Below are positions 13,972 through 26,896 of a stretch of DNA of 64,000 nt, in pieces (position 1 is the stretch's first letter; each line of letters begins with the position of its first letter). The translations under genes and the position numbers were made by a program. The DNA lies in the NCBI GenBank assembly GCA_053919585.1, contig CM132795.1; one strand, written 5' to 3'. Origin of the DNA: Euprymna scolopes (Eukaryota). Below the pieces are notes generated by a model that saw only the letters and a list, made by a program, of their open reading frames with translations, was not told the DNA's origin and did no database searches.

Positions 13972-14201
13972 GAGAGGGGGGTAAATGGAGCATTTTAATT
14001 GGCCGAAAGGAACTGAAATTCTTATATTTAAAAAGTTATTTCTTTATCTATTGAACTATGATTTAATTTCGGTATACAAAGCTACCAAAACGTCATTTCA
14101 AGTTGGTTTAGCTTGAGCCGATATGATGTGAACGTACCTGAAATCATCAATGGAGCAGACACTTCACTGAAAATCAGGCTTGAATCATTAAACACACAAA
14201 A

Positions 14202-14236
<35 letters not shown>

Positions 14237-14504
14237 ATTAAAATAAGTATTGTTCTGGAAATCCAAGAGTGAAGTTATACCAGGAATTTGGGTGTGGCTT
14301 TCTCTGGGCTGTTTCTCTATTCTCTGTGGATGACGTCTTCATGTTGGAGTTCCTCTGGCTGGAACCGCTGCAGTCACCGTTTCGACGTTTAAGGCAGATC
14401 AAACAACGCAACACAAGTCGTATGTATAGAAAATCTTAAATATTTACTTTTACAAAAATATGATACAATATCTTACAATTTGAAACAACGACAATTAACT
14501 TCGA

Positions 14505-14718
14505 AATTTCGTCGATATCATAATAGATTATATCTATACTCCGATGAATTATTTTTTTTTTATGTATTGATATTCATATTAAAAACCCATGTATAAGAAA
14601 GTTGTATTTTCTTTTTAAATAAATAGGAAAAAGGGTTTTTAATATGAATATCAATACAAACAAAAAACAATTTATAGGAGTATAGATGTAATCCCTATTA
14701 TAATATCGACGAAATTGT
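14505..14718. repeat. Inverted repeat, ~85-bp arms
   Basis: aatttcgtcgatat...tattgatattcatattaaaaaccc (14505-14588) pairs with gggtttttaatatgaatatcaata...atatcgacgaaatt (14633-14718). Confidence 0.85.
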
Positions 14719-15039
14719 TTCAAATAACAAGTTCAATGAAGATGTTTCCGGCTTCAGAGCAAATATACTGGTTAATTGCATTCTATTGACCAAAGGAAAT
14801 AATGAATCCATGTGGGCATTTGCCGGGATAAAAAGTATTTTAAAAAAACTTATGAGTGTAGACTGTTTTTTATCCTCTTGATACGCCATTGCAAATATTA
14901 ATTCAACTTGCAATTATCAGCTAGTTCGTTGCATAATACATTTTTGGGAGCTTTAATATCGTTTTTATTTTGTCAGCGGGAATTTTTTTTGTTTTTTACT
15001 TGTTGTTTCACTACTTATCAACACCCAGAGTCCACTCAC

Positions 15040-15310
15040 AGAAAAAGGTAGATGGTGATACAAGATCAGACACATTGGAACTCTGGTAGTGTTGAACGAC
15101 TCGATAGGGATTTATTATTCACATTAGACTTGAAGACGACGATGTTATAGTCAGCCAGCAAGCAGACAAATAGTATTGCGTTCCACAGATGGGCAATTCT
15201 CAGAAACTCTGCTCATGGAATTTTCGTTTAGTTTTGAGCACAGATAGGAGTGAGGAAAAATGTTTTTTGGTTGCTGTAGCTGGGCAAGTATTTGCCTGCA
15301 TCTTATCAGC
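15040..15310 (-). mobile_element. CR1-group LINE 3' fragment
   Basis: ttagacttgaagacgacgatgttatagtcagc...ttccacagat...tcatggaatttt...gcacagatag is homologous to 2185-2350 and 60790-60960. Confidence 0.75.
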
Positions 15311-15655
15311 TTTTTGAAATGTCCGGTTTTCTTAAAATATCTAGATTCATTTAATTCATGCCAAAATGTAGGGTTTTTTTGGGTTTTTTTTATCATATAC
15401 ACAGTTTTGAACATCTAGTCTCAACTTGAGGTAGCTGCTGAAGCCAATATAATGCAAAGTGTCAGAAATCGTTAATGAACACTTATACATAGTTAAAGAT
15501 CAGCTTTGATGCATTGAAGAATATATAGGATCTGTCGTATGTATGTATACATACATACACACAAAATACATTTTGAATCCTAGAACAGTCAAGCTATGCC
15601 GACGAGCTGTAGTACAGAAAAACACGTGTTCGTAGATTGCTGCTCTGTGTGTATG

Positions 15656-15725
<70 letters not shown>

Positions 15726-17203
15726 CCTTTCATGTTACATCATGATTCCAGTAAACGGAGCAGCAACCGGACTTATGGAAAAGAATTTCAAAAACTACCT
15801 GGCAAATATACATAGTTAATCAAATGCTAGAGACGAACAATTTCCTCTAAAGAGAAGGTTAGAATCTTAAAACGATTTCTCAGTTGGAATGTTTGAGATA
15901 GCAGGTGAATATCTAGCATTTGGTAGGATGCCCCATCCTCAGCTTGAACAAAAAAAAAAAAAATAAGAAAAATAAAATAAAAATAGTCACTTATGGTGAA
16001 GTCTGTATCTTAGGATTTTATTTTTTTAAATCTTTCTCTAAAGCGACATCTCTTTTATTCACTTCTCACGTTAGTTGTGAGTTGCACGTGGTGTTTACTT
16101 CATACTCTCTTTATTAAATCGAACCATTAAACGTGCCTTTGATTGTGGCATACAAAATGAGGGCGGCTTTGATCCGTGTCTGCCTCTTTCAGAGCAAAGG
16201 TCAAATGCTAATGGGTTTTCTGTGCATTTGAGAGAACAGATACGGAAAGTGAGAATAAAAAATACTCCTTTTCTCCCCGGGCAGTTAAAGGATAACATAA
16301 GCATTCATCTTGAGTTTAGAAGCCTGAAGGAAATTGCAGTCAGAAAATTCCAACAAAATAGGCACAGGTGATGTACTTGCTGCTTCTCTACTTTCCTTTC
16401 GTTTCGCCTCAGGTAGTTCATATTAGTTTTCATTTTAAATGAGCTTTCTCTCTATTTCTCATCATCTATCTCTTGTTCACTCTCTCCCTTCCTACCTCTC
16501 TTTCCCGCTATCTCTTTCTTTCCCCTCTTACTCCCCCCACCCACTTTCTCTCTCCCTTTTATATAGTTTCCTTTTTTCTCTGCAACCTTTCTCTCTCTCC
16601 TCTTTCCATATCACCCCTTTCTATATCGCACCCTTTCCTCTCTATCTCCCTCTCTCTCTATCTTTTTATCTCCCTCCCTCTATCTCTCCATCCTCTCTCC
16701 CTGTATCTCTCCCTCCCTCGTCTCTCTTTTTCTTCCCCCCCTCTCTCTCTCCGCCCTCTCCCTCACCTCTCCCTTCTCTTCCTCTCTCTCCCCCTTCACC
16801 TCTCCCTTCCCTTTCTTTCTCTCTCTATCCATTTCTCCCTCTCCCCTTCTCTCTATATATATTTCTTTCCATTTCTCCCTTCCTTTTCTCTCTCCCTCGT
16901 TAACTGATTGTGAATCAATAACTTCAGCATCCAGCTTGGAAACATCTTTTCAGTTGAAACATTCTTGGCATTCTTCTACTGATTTGACTCTAAGAAAAAG
17001 GAATGCGTTCATCTACAGATATTTGGTTTTCACACACACAAAAAAAATGCATCAATAATACGGTTTCGGAAATTAACATTCTTTAAAATTAGGAAAAAAA
17101 TATTGGCTTAAACTAATTTCTATTTATCAGAAGTCTGCATGTTGTGATGATTGTGTGAAATTGCAAATTATCGGGGAGTCTTGGGTTGACTTTTTACGTC
17201 TAA

Positions 17204-17282
<79 letters not shown>

Positions 17283-18329
17283 AACTAATTAGCAATGTGA
17301 CAGTTCTTCTAATGTGTCTCCTCATTCTTTCTTGGCTTGTGTGTGTGTATTTATACATACATATATATGNNNNNNNNNNNNNNNNNNNNNNNNNNNNNNN
17401 NNNNNNNNNNNNNNNNNNNNNNNNNNNNNNNNNNNNNNNNNNNNNNNNNNNNNNNNNNNNNNNNNNNNNNNNNNNNNNNNNNNNNNNNNNNNNNNNNNNN
17501 NNNNNNNNNNNNNNNNNNNNNNNNNNNNNNNNNNNNNNNNNNNNNNNNNNNNNNNNNNNNNNNNNNNNNNNNNNNNNNNNNNNNNNNNNNNNNNNNNNNN
17601 NNNNNNNNNNNNNNNNNNNNNNNNNNNTAGATTATTTCTCGAACAGTACAGTTTTGCATCACTTATGTTCCCTTACCAAGATTAAAAGCAACAATGATAC
17701 TAAACCTTATGCTTTAAATCCTTATTTCAGTTTTTATCAAAATCAAGAACACGATTTTGATTCCGGAAAATGTCTAACATTTAAGCTTAACAGAAAAAAA
17801 AGAAATAAAATAAATTGAATTCAGACAATGGAGCTTAGTGTCTACTTTGCATTAAATTTAATGCAAATCTGAAATATCATTTCTGAAAGGGAAGGTTATA
17901 CTCATATCATGCCATTAAAGACCATTTAAAATGTTCCAAAAATAAAAGTTTGGGTAATATTTATGATTTCTAATACCTATCGTTCATATTTCATTAAATT
18001 TTTTAAATTTTCACGGAATTTTCACTAAAGGCTTTCACCGTCCTTTCTTTCTTACCTCTTTTGCATAGTACCGAAATAAACTAACTACATTAGGATAACT
18101 TACATCAAGAAGCTGTGAAGCTAAATTCATAATGATTAGTTAATTACTTTAGAAGTGAATCCTGTATATACCAATATAAAAACATAACGAACTCTTGTCA
18201 CCAATAATCTCTCAAGTCTGTTTTTTCGCTTTCTCTTATCCTCTTAGCTGGGCTTTCATCTCTCTCTCTCTCTCCTTTCATTTCGGCTTCTCTCTCCCTT
18301 CTTTCAACTGAACTTTCACATCTCTCTCT

Positions 18330-20500
18330 CCCTTCTTTTATCTGGGCTTTCGTATCTTTCTCTCCCTCCTTTCATCTGGGCTTTCGTATCTTTCTCTCCC
18401 TCCTTTCATCTGGGCTTTCGTATCTTTCTCTCCCTCCTTTCATCTGGGCTTTCGTATCTTTCTCTCCCTCCTTTCATCTGCGCTTTCGGATCTTTCTCTC
18501 CCTCCTTTCATCTGGGCTTTCGTATCTTTCTCTCCCTCCTTTCATCTGGGCTTTCGTATCTTTCTCTCCCTCCTTTCATCTGGGCTTTCGTATCTTTCTC
18601 TCCCTCCTTTCATCTGGGCTTTCGTATCTTTCTCTCCCTCCTTTCATCTGAGCTTTCACATCTCTCTCTCCCTTCTTTTATCTGGGCTTTCGTATCTTTC
18701 TCTCCCTCCTTTCATCTGGGCTTTCGTATCTTTCTCTCCCTCCTTTCATCTGGGCTTTCGTATCTTTCTCTCCCTCCTTTCATCTGAGCTTTCACATCTC
18801 TCTCTCCCTTCTTTTATCTGGGCTTTCGTATCTTTCTCTCCCTCCTTTCATCTGGGCTTTCGTATCTTTCTCTCCCTCCTTTCATCTGAGCTTTCACATC
18901 TCTCTCTCCCTTCTTTTATCTGGGCTTTCGTATCTTTCTCTCCCTCCTTTCATCTGGGCTTTCGTATCTTTCTCTCCCTCCTTTCATCTGGGCTTTCGTA
19001 TCTTTCTCTCCCTCCTTTCATCTGGGCTTTCGTATCTTTCTCTCCCTCCTTTCATCTGGGCTTTCGTATCTTTCTCTCCCTCCTTTCATCTGGGCTTTCG
19101 TATCTTTCTCTCCCTCCTTTCATCTGGGCTTTCGTATCTTTCTCTCCCTCCTTTCATCTGAGCTTTCACATCTCTCTCTCCCTTCTTTTATCTGGGCTTT
19201 CGTATCTTTCTCTCCCTCCTTTCATCTGGGCTTTCGTATCTTTCTCTCCCTCCTTTCATCTGGGCTTTCGTATCTTTCTCTCCCTCCTTTCATCTGAGCT
19301 TTCACATCTCTCTCTCCCTTCTTTTATCTGGGCTTTCGTATCTTTCTCTCCCTCCTTTCATCTGGGCTTTCGTATCTTTCTCTCCCTCCTTTCATCTGGG
19401 CTGTCGTATCTTTCTCTCCCTCCTTTCATCTGAGCTTTCACATCTCTCTCTCCCTTCTTTTATCTGGGCTTTCGTATCTTTCTCTCCCTCCTTTCATCTG
19501 GGCTTTCTTATCTTTCTCTCCCTCCTTTCATCTGAGCTTTCACATCTCTCTCTCCCTTCTTTTATCTGGGCTTTCGTATCTTTCTCTCCCTCCTTTCATC
19601 TGGGCTTTCGTATCTTTCTCTCCCTCCTTTCATCTGGGCTTTCGTATCTTTCTCTCCCTCCTTTCATCTGGGCTTTCGTATCTTTCTCTCCCTCCTTTCA
19701 TCTGGGCTTTCGTATCTTTCTCTCCCTCCTTTCATCTGGGCTTTCGTATCTTTCTCTCCCTCCTTTCATCTGGGCTTTCGTATCTTTCTCTCCCTCCTTT
19801 CATCTGGGCTTTCGTATCTTTCTCTCCCTCCTTTCATCTGGGCTTTCGTATCTTTCTCTCCCTCCTTTCATCTGGGCTTTCGTATCTTTCTCTCCCTCCT
19901 TTCATCTGGGCTTTCGTATCTTTCTCTCCCTCCTTTCATCTGGGCTTTCGTATCTTTCTCTCCCTCCTTTCATCTGGGCTTTCGTATCTTTCTCTCCCTC
20001 CTTTCATCTGGGCATTCGTATCTTTCTCTCCCTTCTTTCATCTGGGCTTTCGTATCTTTCTCTCCCTCCTTTCATCTGGGCTGTCGTATCTTTCTCTCCC
20101 TTCTTTCATCTGGGCTTTCGTATCTTTCTCTCCCTCCTTTCATCTGAGCTTTCGTATCTTTCTCTCCCTCCTTTCATCTGAGCTTTCGTATCTTTCTCTC
20201 CCTCCTTTCATCTGAGCTTTCGTATCTTTCTCTCCCTCCTTTCATCTGGGCTTTCGTATCTTTCTCTCCCTCCTTTCATCTGGGCTTTCGTATCTTTCTC
20301 TCCCTCCTTTCATCTGGGCTTTCGTATCTTTCTCTCCCTCCTTTCATCTGGGCATTCGTATCTTTCTCTCCCTTCTTTCATCTGGGCTTTCGTATCTTTC
20401 TCTCCCTCCTTTCATCTGGGCTGTCGTATCTTTCTCTCCCTTCTTTCATCTGGGCTTTCGTATCTTTCTCTCCCTCCTTTCATCTGGGCTTTCATATCTC
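18330..20500. repeat. 34-bp minisatellite array (~63 units)
   Basis: The unit CTGGGCTTTCGTATCTTTCTCTCCCTCCTTTCAT has period 34 (18376 to 18410). A variant unit CTGAGCTTTCACATCTCTCTCTCCCTTCTTTTAT is interspersed. Confidence 0.97.
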
Positions 20501-20574
20501 TCTCTCCTATCATTTAGATTTTCCTCTCTCTCTCTCTCCTATCATCTAGATTTCCGTCTGTCTCTCTCCTATCA

Positions 20575-20890
20575 TCTAGATATTCGTCTGTCTCTCCCTT
20601 TCTCTTATTTCGATATTCGTCTGTCGCTCCCTTTCTCTTATTTCGATATTCGTCTGTCTCTCCCTTTCTCTTATTTCGATATTCGTCTGTCTCTCCCTTT
20701 CTCTTATTTCGATATTCGTCTCTCTGTCCCTTTCTCTTATTTCGATATTCGTCTCTCTCTTCCTTTCTCTTATTTCGATATTCGTCTCTCTCTCCCTTTC
20801 TCTTATTTAGATATTCGTCTCTCTCTCCCTTTCTCTTATTTCGATATTCGTCTCTCTCTCCCTTTCTCTTATTTCGATATTCGTCTCTCT
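20575..20890. repeat. 33-bp minisatellite (~9 units)
   Basis: The unit TTTCTCTTATTTCGATATTCGTCTGTCTCTCCC has period 33. Confidence 0.95.
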
Positions 20891-22716
20891 CTCGTTACTC
20901 TCTCTCTCTCTCCTTTCTTTCATGTAGGGTTTTGTCTTTCTCACTCCCCCTCTTTTTCTTATCTAGGTTTGTGTGTGTGTCCTCTTTTATACTCTTTATC
21001 TAGGCACACACGCTTTTTTCAAATATTTAATCTTTATATCCGTTTATATCTTTTGTCCTTCCATAAACACAGCTATTCTAAACTATTTAGCAAATATTTT
21101 CTTATTACTTTCTTTTCATCTTTTTAATATTTCCACTTGGAATTTTACATTTTCCAGTCTCTCATCTCTGGAAATATCAAACTTTTCTTTTGCGTTTTCT
21201 ATCCTTGGAATCCTTTAAAGTGGAGACATACAGGCTGGCCTGTTCCAGGCTAAAGAAAGATTAAAACAAATTTCATTGATTTTGGTTATTGCCCATCCTC
21301 TGACCCCTACTTCTTACCACAATTGGCTTCAGACTCCAAATCTTACAGCTGACTACATGTTCCTCCCTAATCAGATCAGTCACATGGGCAGAGAAATGTT
21401 GGCGACAATGAAATGTTTGAGTTTGTTTGGAAGATGGGGGTGAGGAATTTTTGTAATGATAGCAATATTAATGTTAGCCTTGTTGTCTGAGAACTGGCAT
21501 GTTTCGGCTTCAGAAAACTTTCATAACATAACTGCAGCAGCCGTACAGACTGACTCGCTGAAACCTCTTGAAGGATTACAAGATACTGTCCGCTTTGTTA
21601 TTTTGATGTTTGTCTAAATTAGTTCGTGATCATTATTTTTTATGTGGACATCTCTTAATGCTCTAATTAAGGTAATTAAGCTACTCGTTATCTTAATTTT
21701 TATTTGTTTATTTACTATCTCCTTTCACGAGAAAGGGAGATAATCACACTTTTTATTTTTTTGTTTTGTTTTTGCACTCCTTTTTTTATTTTCGATAATT
21801 TAAAAAGCTTTGGCTTTATTTAGAATTCGTTAAATGACGATTGATTTATTTTTCAATGAATTTTCGATATCATCATACTACCACAATTGCAAAGAACTTT
21901 CCTTTTAGCCATTGTGTGTAGTATCAAACCGAACTTCTTTCTAAGAACCAAGAAATTGCTTCCTTGCAAACTACAACATGGTCATTTTCAAAGCCAATGT
22001 CAACATAGACTTGTCATAAACAGAAATGTTAAAATTCTGTGCGTTCCATTCATAATTCTCATAATATTCTTTATCATTTTAACTGACAATTCAACCATCT
22101 CATTAACTCTTCTGCTCTGTTAGCTTTTGGCTTTGATAAGCATGTATTTGATGGTGAAACCTTTATTTTGAAAACATTTTGGAGTGTGGAGTTACTTCTT
22201 AGTCACATTCTGAAGTGGTAGTACCTGTCGGGATTCCATCTAGGGGTTAAATAGAATATCTTAAATACTGAAGATAAAATTAAGCGTAATGCTTACCACG
22301 TTATGTCAAACAGAGCTTATATATTTTAATTCAGTAGAATGCAAACTTTACAACATGATTAATATTTTGTAATCATGCCCTAAAAATCAACACTTAACAA
22401 TATTTCTTCATATGTACATGTGTCAGAACTTTATTATTACAAAAGAGTAAAATGATTTTCCTCTTCAATATCAATGGCAATTCAGATAATTTCCAATGAA
22501 AATATTCACAATCAATTCAAAAACAAAAAGTCTAAATGGATGGACCAGGCTCTACACTTTTTTCTATAAGATGACAGACTTGACATGAAGTCAAGGAATA
22601 TTTCCGGATCGGATCGATTTAAAGAGCAGCCATTAACATTAACTTCAAGATAGTTTGTAATCGATTTTTTTTTTCAAAAGATTCGTTTGGAGAGATTAAA
22701 CCTTATGTAATAAAAG

Positions 22717-22773
<57 letters not shown>

Positions 22774-22936
22774 CGCCCTTAGTCGTTGTGTTCTGTCAGT
22801 TTTGCCGTTCGGGTTGGCTATTTCATAACGATAATGATCTGATATAAAACAACGTGTCATCTGGGTCGTAACTCTAACGCTTGACATTTTTCATTTCCAT
22901 TTTTTTAATACGTTACGAGAATGTGGGGAGATACTG

Positions 22937-22978
<42 letters not shown>

Positions 22979-23609
22979 GTGTGTTCTAAGGGTATGTTGA
23001 AAAATCAAAATACTATATCATAATCATAAAAATGTGAGAGCCAAAAAAAATTATTTTAAACGAATCTGTGATGTATAGTAATATACAAATAATTCATTAA
23101 TATTAAGAATTTGAAAAATAAAATCTTTTACCAAAATAATTGAATTCGATATTAAATCAACCTAAAAGGGTTGATATGCCGTAAAGAAAAAAAAAACTCC
23201 GTTCTTTCTTTGAGTTTCAATGTGTATAATTTCCGAAATGTGGTATTGTTCTTTGCATGTCTTAAACTATTTTTTCAATTTTGGTCGCTGTCATTTTAAC
23301 AATGCTTCAACCATTGTCTTCTCTCGCCTTCTTCATGCGCTTTTGTTATAGTGGATTAAATAAATGTTACTAATTATGACAAAATATGACCAAAGATGGC
23401 TGAAACGTAAAAATGGTGGCAACCAATACAAAGAAACCCGTTCAAAAAATGTAAATATTGTTTTTCTTTAAGTACCAATGATATATACTTTTTACTTTTT
23501 TTTTCTTGCTTTCCGGACTTCAGTATACAACCCCCCCTCTCTCTTGTTTTCTCTCTGTGTACTCTCTCCCTCTTTTTCTTTGTGTTTTAGGTTTCTGCCT
23601 CTTTCTCTT

Positions 23610-23965
23610 CTCTTCTTCCTCTTCTCTACCACGGTTCGCTTTTACTCTCTCTCTCCTGAGGTTTCTGTCTCTTTCTCTTCCCTCCTCTTTACCAAGGTTC
23701 TCTTGCTTCCCCCACCCCCACCACTCTCTCTCATGATTAAACCTCTTCCTCTTCCCTTCTTCCCCTTCTCTACCACGGTTCGCTTTTACTCTCTCTCTCT
23801 CTCTCTCTTCTGAGGTTTCTGTCTCTTTCTCTTCCCTCCTCTTTACCAAGGTTCTCTTGCTTCCCCAACCCCCACCACTCTCTCTCATGATTAAACCTCT
23901 TCCTCTTCCCTTCTTCCCTTTCTCTACCAGGGTTCGCTTTTACTCTCTCTCTCTTCTGAGGTTTC
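23610..23965. repeat. Pyrimidine-rich ~150-bp tandem duplication (about 2.5 copies)
   Basis: ctctaccacggttcgcttttactctc...tgaggtttctgtctc...accaaggttctcttgcttcccc...catgattaaacctc is repeated. Confidence 0.9.
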
Positions 23966-25591
23966 TATCTCTTTCCTTCTCTCACTTCAGGTTTCTATCT
24001 GTTTCTCTCTCTCCTTCTTCTCATCTGCATTTTCTTTCTCTCTCTCTCTCAAGTTTCTCTCTGTCCCTCTCTTCGATCAGACCGTTGTCTGTCTCTCTTT
24101 CTCCTTTGGTTCGAACTTCTACAGTTTTCTTACTCTCCATTTTCTTTAAGCAGATTTTGTCATATTTTATATGTTTGTTTTCTGTTTAAAATTTCCCAAC
24201 GTTCAATAAGCAGATATGATGAGATGAAACTAAAATAGAAAAGTTTTTTCTCAACTGCTTGCCTCCAACTGTACATCTTGTTGAGTGCAACTGTCGACAG
24301 CATGTCTTTGAGACATTCCCATCTTAAATGGTTATCTCCTTAATGAAATCGTGGTTTTTTTTTTTTTTGCCTTTGTTTTCATGGCATTTAAGAAAAAATG
24401 CTTCCTCTCAGTTCTATAGTTTTAGCTTTAACATGCAAACATTTATTTGAACATCATTATCAAACTATTTTATGAGTGTGACTTTAATATTAATTTGGTA
24501 AAGCTTTTAAATAGGATTGTGGAGTCAGGAGATATAAGCTCTAGCACTGACTCCTAAAATTAAAAACAAAAATTCAGACTCTAACTCCTAAAATTCCCCC
24601 AAAATTCAGTCTCCGACTCTTAGAATTTCAAAAAACTTTCGATATGTTCAATCCCGAGCAACGCTGTGTCTTTCTGATAATTATTGATAAACTTTAATTT
24701 TTATTTGAAAGTGTTTTTGTTTTGTTTTTTAGGAGAGGGGGATAAATTATACATACACGAAAAACGGATAGACGAAAAGTACAAATGAAATCAAATAAAT
24801 TTATTGCATTGTTTTTTTTTATTATTTCTAGAGGATAGTGTATTACATAATCATAATTCAGCCATTAGTGCATCTTAGATTTATCCAACAGATAGTTGAA
24901 TTGTTATGTTATACTCATGTTGCCATAATATCATTGAATGTTTCAGACCTCCATCATTTTCGATGAATAAAGTTATTATCTGAAAATAGTATCGGCCTAC
25001 TTATCTATCAGTGAATTATTCTTAAATTATTATTTTAATTATTTACTATTAATCGAAATAAAATAATTTGTCTCATAATTAGATGAGTATAGAGATAGAA
25101 ATGAAGGTGTTGCTTAGTTGTCCAAAGCATTATGCGTGAAAAATTGATAAATTGTTCGGTCATTTTGTAATTTCTCATCCCAAATGGTGAACAACTCTGA
25201 CGTCAATTAATCGACTTCTATCATGTTATATTTTGGATCCATTTTATAAAATAACAATTTATTATTCGAAAATATTTTTTTCTTCAATTTTATTATGAAA
25301 ATAATTAATTTTATAAATTTATGAATGGATTTAAAATATAACAGAATATGACCCTTTAAAATAGCAGCCGATTAAGTGTGTAACAGTTGTCTGTCTGCCA
25401 TCTTGGATGGGAAGCTACAAAATATTTAAATCTGAAAATTTCCGAAACCTAAGATTGTCGTATTTTTTTTTCTTCATCGATTACAGCCAATTAACTGCAG
25501 TTTAAACTTTTATGTGTCTCTAAACACCGTATTTAAATGTATTTATTTTAAATTATTAACCTTTTTTTTTTTTTTTTCCTCTATTTTTCAG

Positions 25592-25761
25592 TGAAGTGCA
25601 GAAAGCAGTTCAAACAGCTCAGGGTTTGTACATGAGATGGTGTGAACTGCAAGATGACCCCGGATCTATTACCAAGGAGGAACTTGATTGGACCACTAAT
25701 GAACTACGCAATAGTCTCCGTAGTATCGAGTGGGACCTGGAGGACTTGGAAGAAACAATAA
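25592..25761 (+). CDS. STX6: Syntaxin-6/10 family t-SNARE, internal coding exon (N-terminal Habc domain; equivalent to vertebrate exon 2)
   Basis: Polypyrimidine tract plus CAG acceptor (AG at 25590-25591). Translates (1 nt)+[56 protein letters not shown]+(1 nt), closely matching the syntaxin-6 N-terminal motif [24 protein letters not shown]. Similarity stops exactly at a U12 donor. Confidence 0.95.
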
Positions 25762-25771
25762 ATATCCTTTT
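25762..25771 (+). promoter_or_regulatory. U12-type (minor spliceosome) AT-AC 5' splice site
   Basis: ATATCCTTTT is a perfect match to the U12 donor consensus RTATCCTTT, in phase 1 directly after the ETI codons. Confidence 0.92.
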
Positions 25772-26028
25772 CTTCATCTTTTGTTTTTCGATTCCATTAC
25801 GTTGTATGCTTATTATTTCATCGTTATGGAAATCAATTGGAATTCCTTTTATCTTTAAAACGAGTAAGTTCATCTTTTTATTATAATTATTATCCATTCA
25901 TCAATTTATGCTTCATATATTAATAAATTAACCAATATAGTTGTATCAATTGCTTTATTTATAGATGAGAATGCTCGATATCCTGGAAGAGCTTATATAA
26001 AGTTTTGACATAGAGATAACTCTGTCTT

Positions 26029-26067
<39 letters not shown>

Positions 26068-26896
26068 AGAAAGATATACGGTAAAGTTACATAGGAACTT
26101 TATTAAATTATCAAGTTTTAACTTTTATTTTATTGTTTTTTTTTTCTGGCTCCTGTCTCTTTTATCCACATTATATTACTCTCCCCACCTCATTCCACTT
26201 AATATAATTTTTTTTTTTTTTTCAATTCTAATCTGAATGTTTTTAGAGTCGATGTCTTTTTTATCCTTTTCTCCTCTTCTGACGACAAGCATTTAGCTTT
26301 TAAATGCCATGACCTAAAGAGGTTTCTCCATTATTCCCCTGTCTGTAACCCTAATTGACTTTATAAAGTTGTTTTGTAACTCTACTCTTTATCTTTTTAA
26401 ATTAAAGAACTTTTTTTACCCAAGTAGGTTTGGCTTATCATTGAAAATTTATTCTTCAACTTAATTTTATTATATATATATATATTGTCTGATTGCATAA
26501 TGATTTAATGATTGGTAAGTGAGTATCAAATCATTATTTACTGTGCATATAAGCCCAACATGAGAATGAGCAAGAATCTTGAAATGTTTTTCACCTGGTA
26601 TTTCATAATAAATTCATCAATTTTAATTTGTTGTACCATCATGTAACTAAAGCTGATTTGTGCAAGTTGAAAATGTTAGTGATTATGGTCAATTTCTACA
26701 TGCATTGAAATAAAGCAGGAGATCGCTGGTTTTCCAGTGAAAAAAAAAAAAAATGAAATAATACTCGTCTACAGATACTTCTGTTGAAAGATGTTATTGT
26801 AAGAAATAAATAGTACTGCAACTCCTCGTTTTATTTATGAAATCGTCCACTATTTGGGGGCTTTTTTCTTTTCTTTTTTATTTCGAAATATGGTTA

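Noticed and set aside
16120-16372. Stop-free plus-strand stretch of unique sequence
   Set aside because: No recognisable protein similarity or convincing splice-site pair, so it cannot be supported as an exon.
18330-20890. Regular 34-bp and 33-bp repeats as a CRISPR array
   Set aside because: Head-to-tail units with no unique spacers, no cas genes and a eukaryotic context.
25762-25886. C-terminal part of ORF 25596-25886 as a syntaxin transmembrane tail
   Set aside because: It is read-through into the intron after the U12 donor; the SNARE domain is absent and homology ends at ETI.
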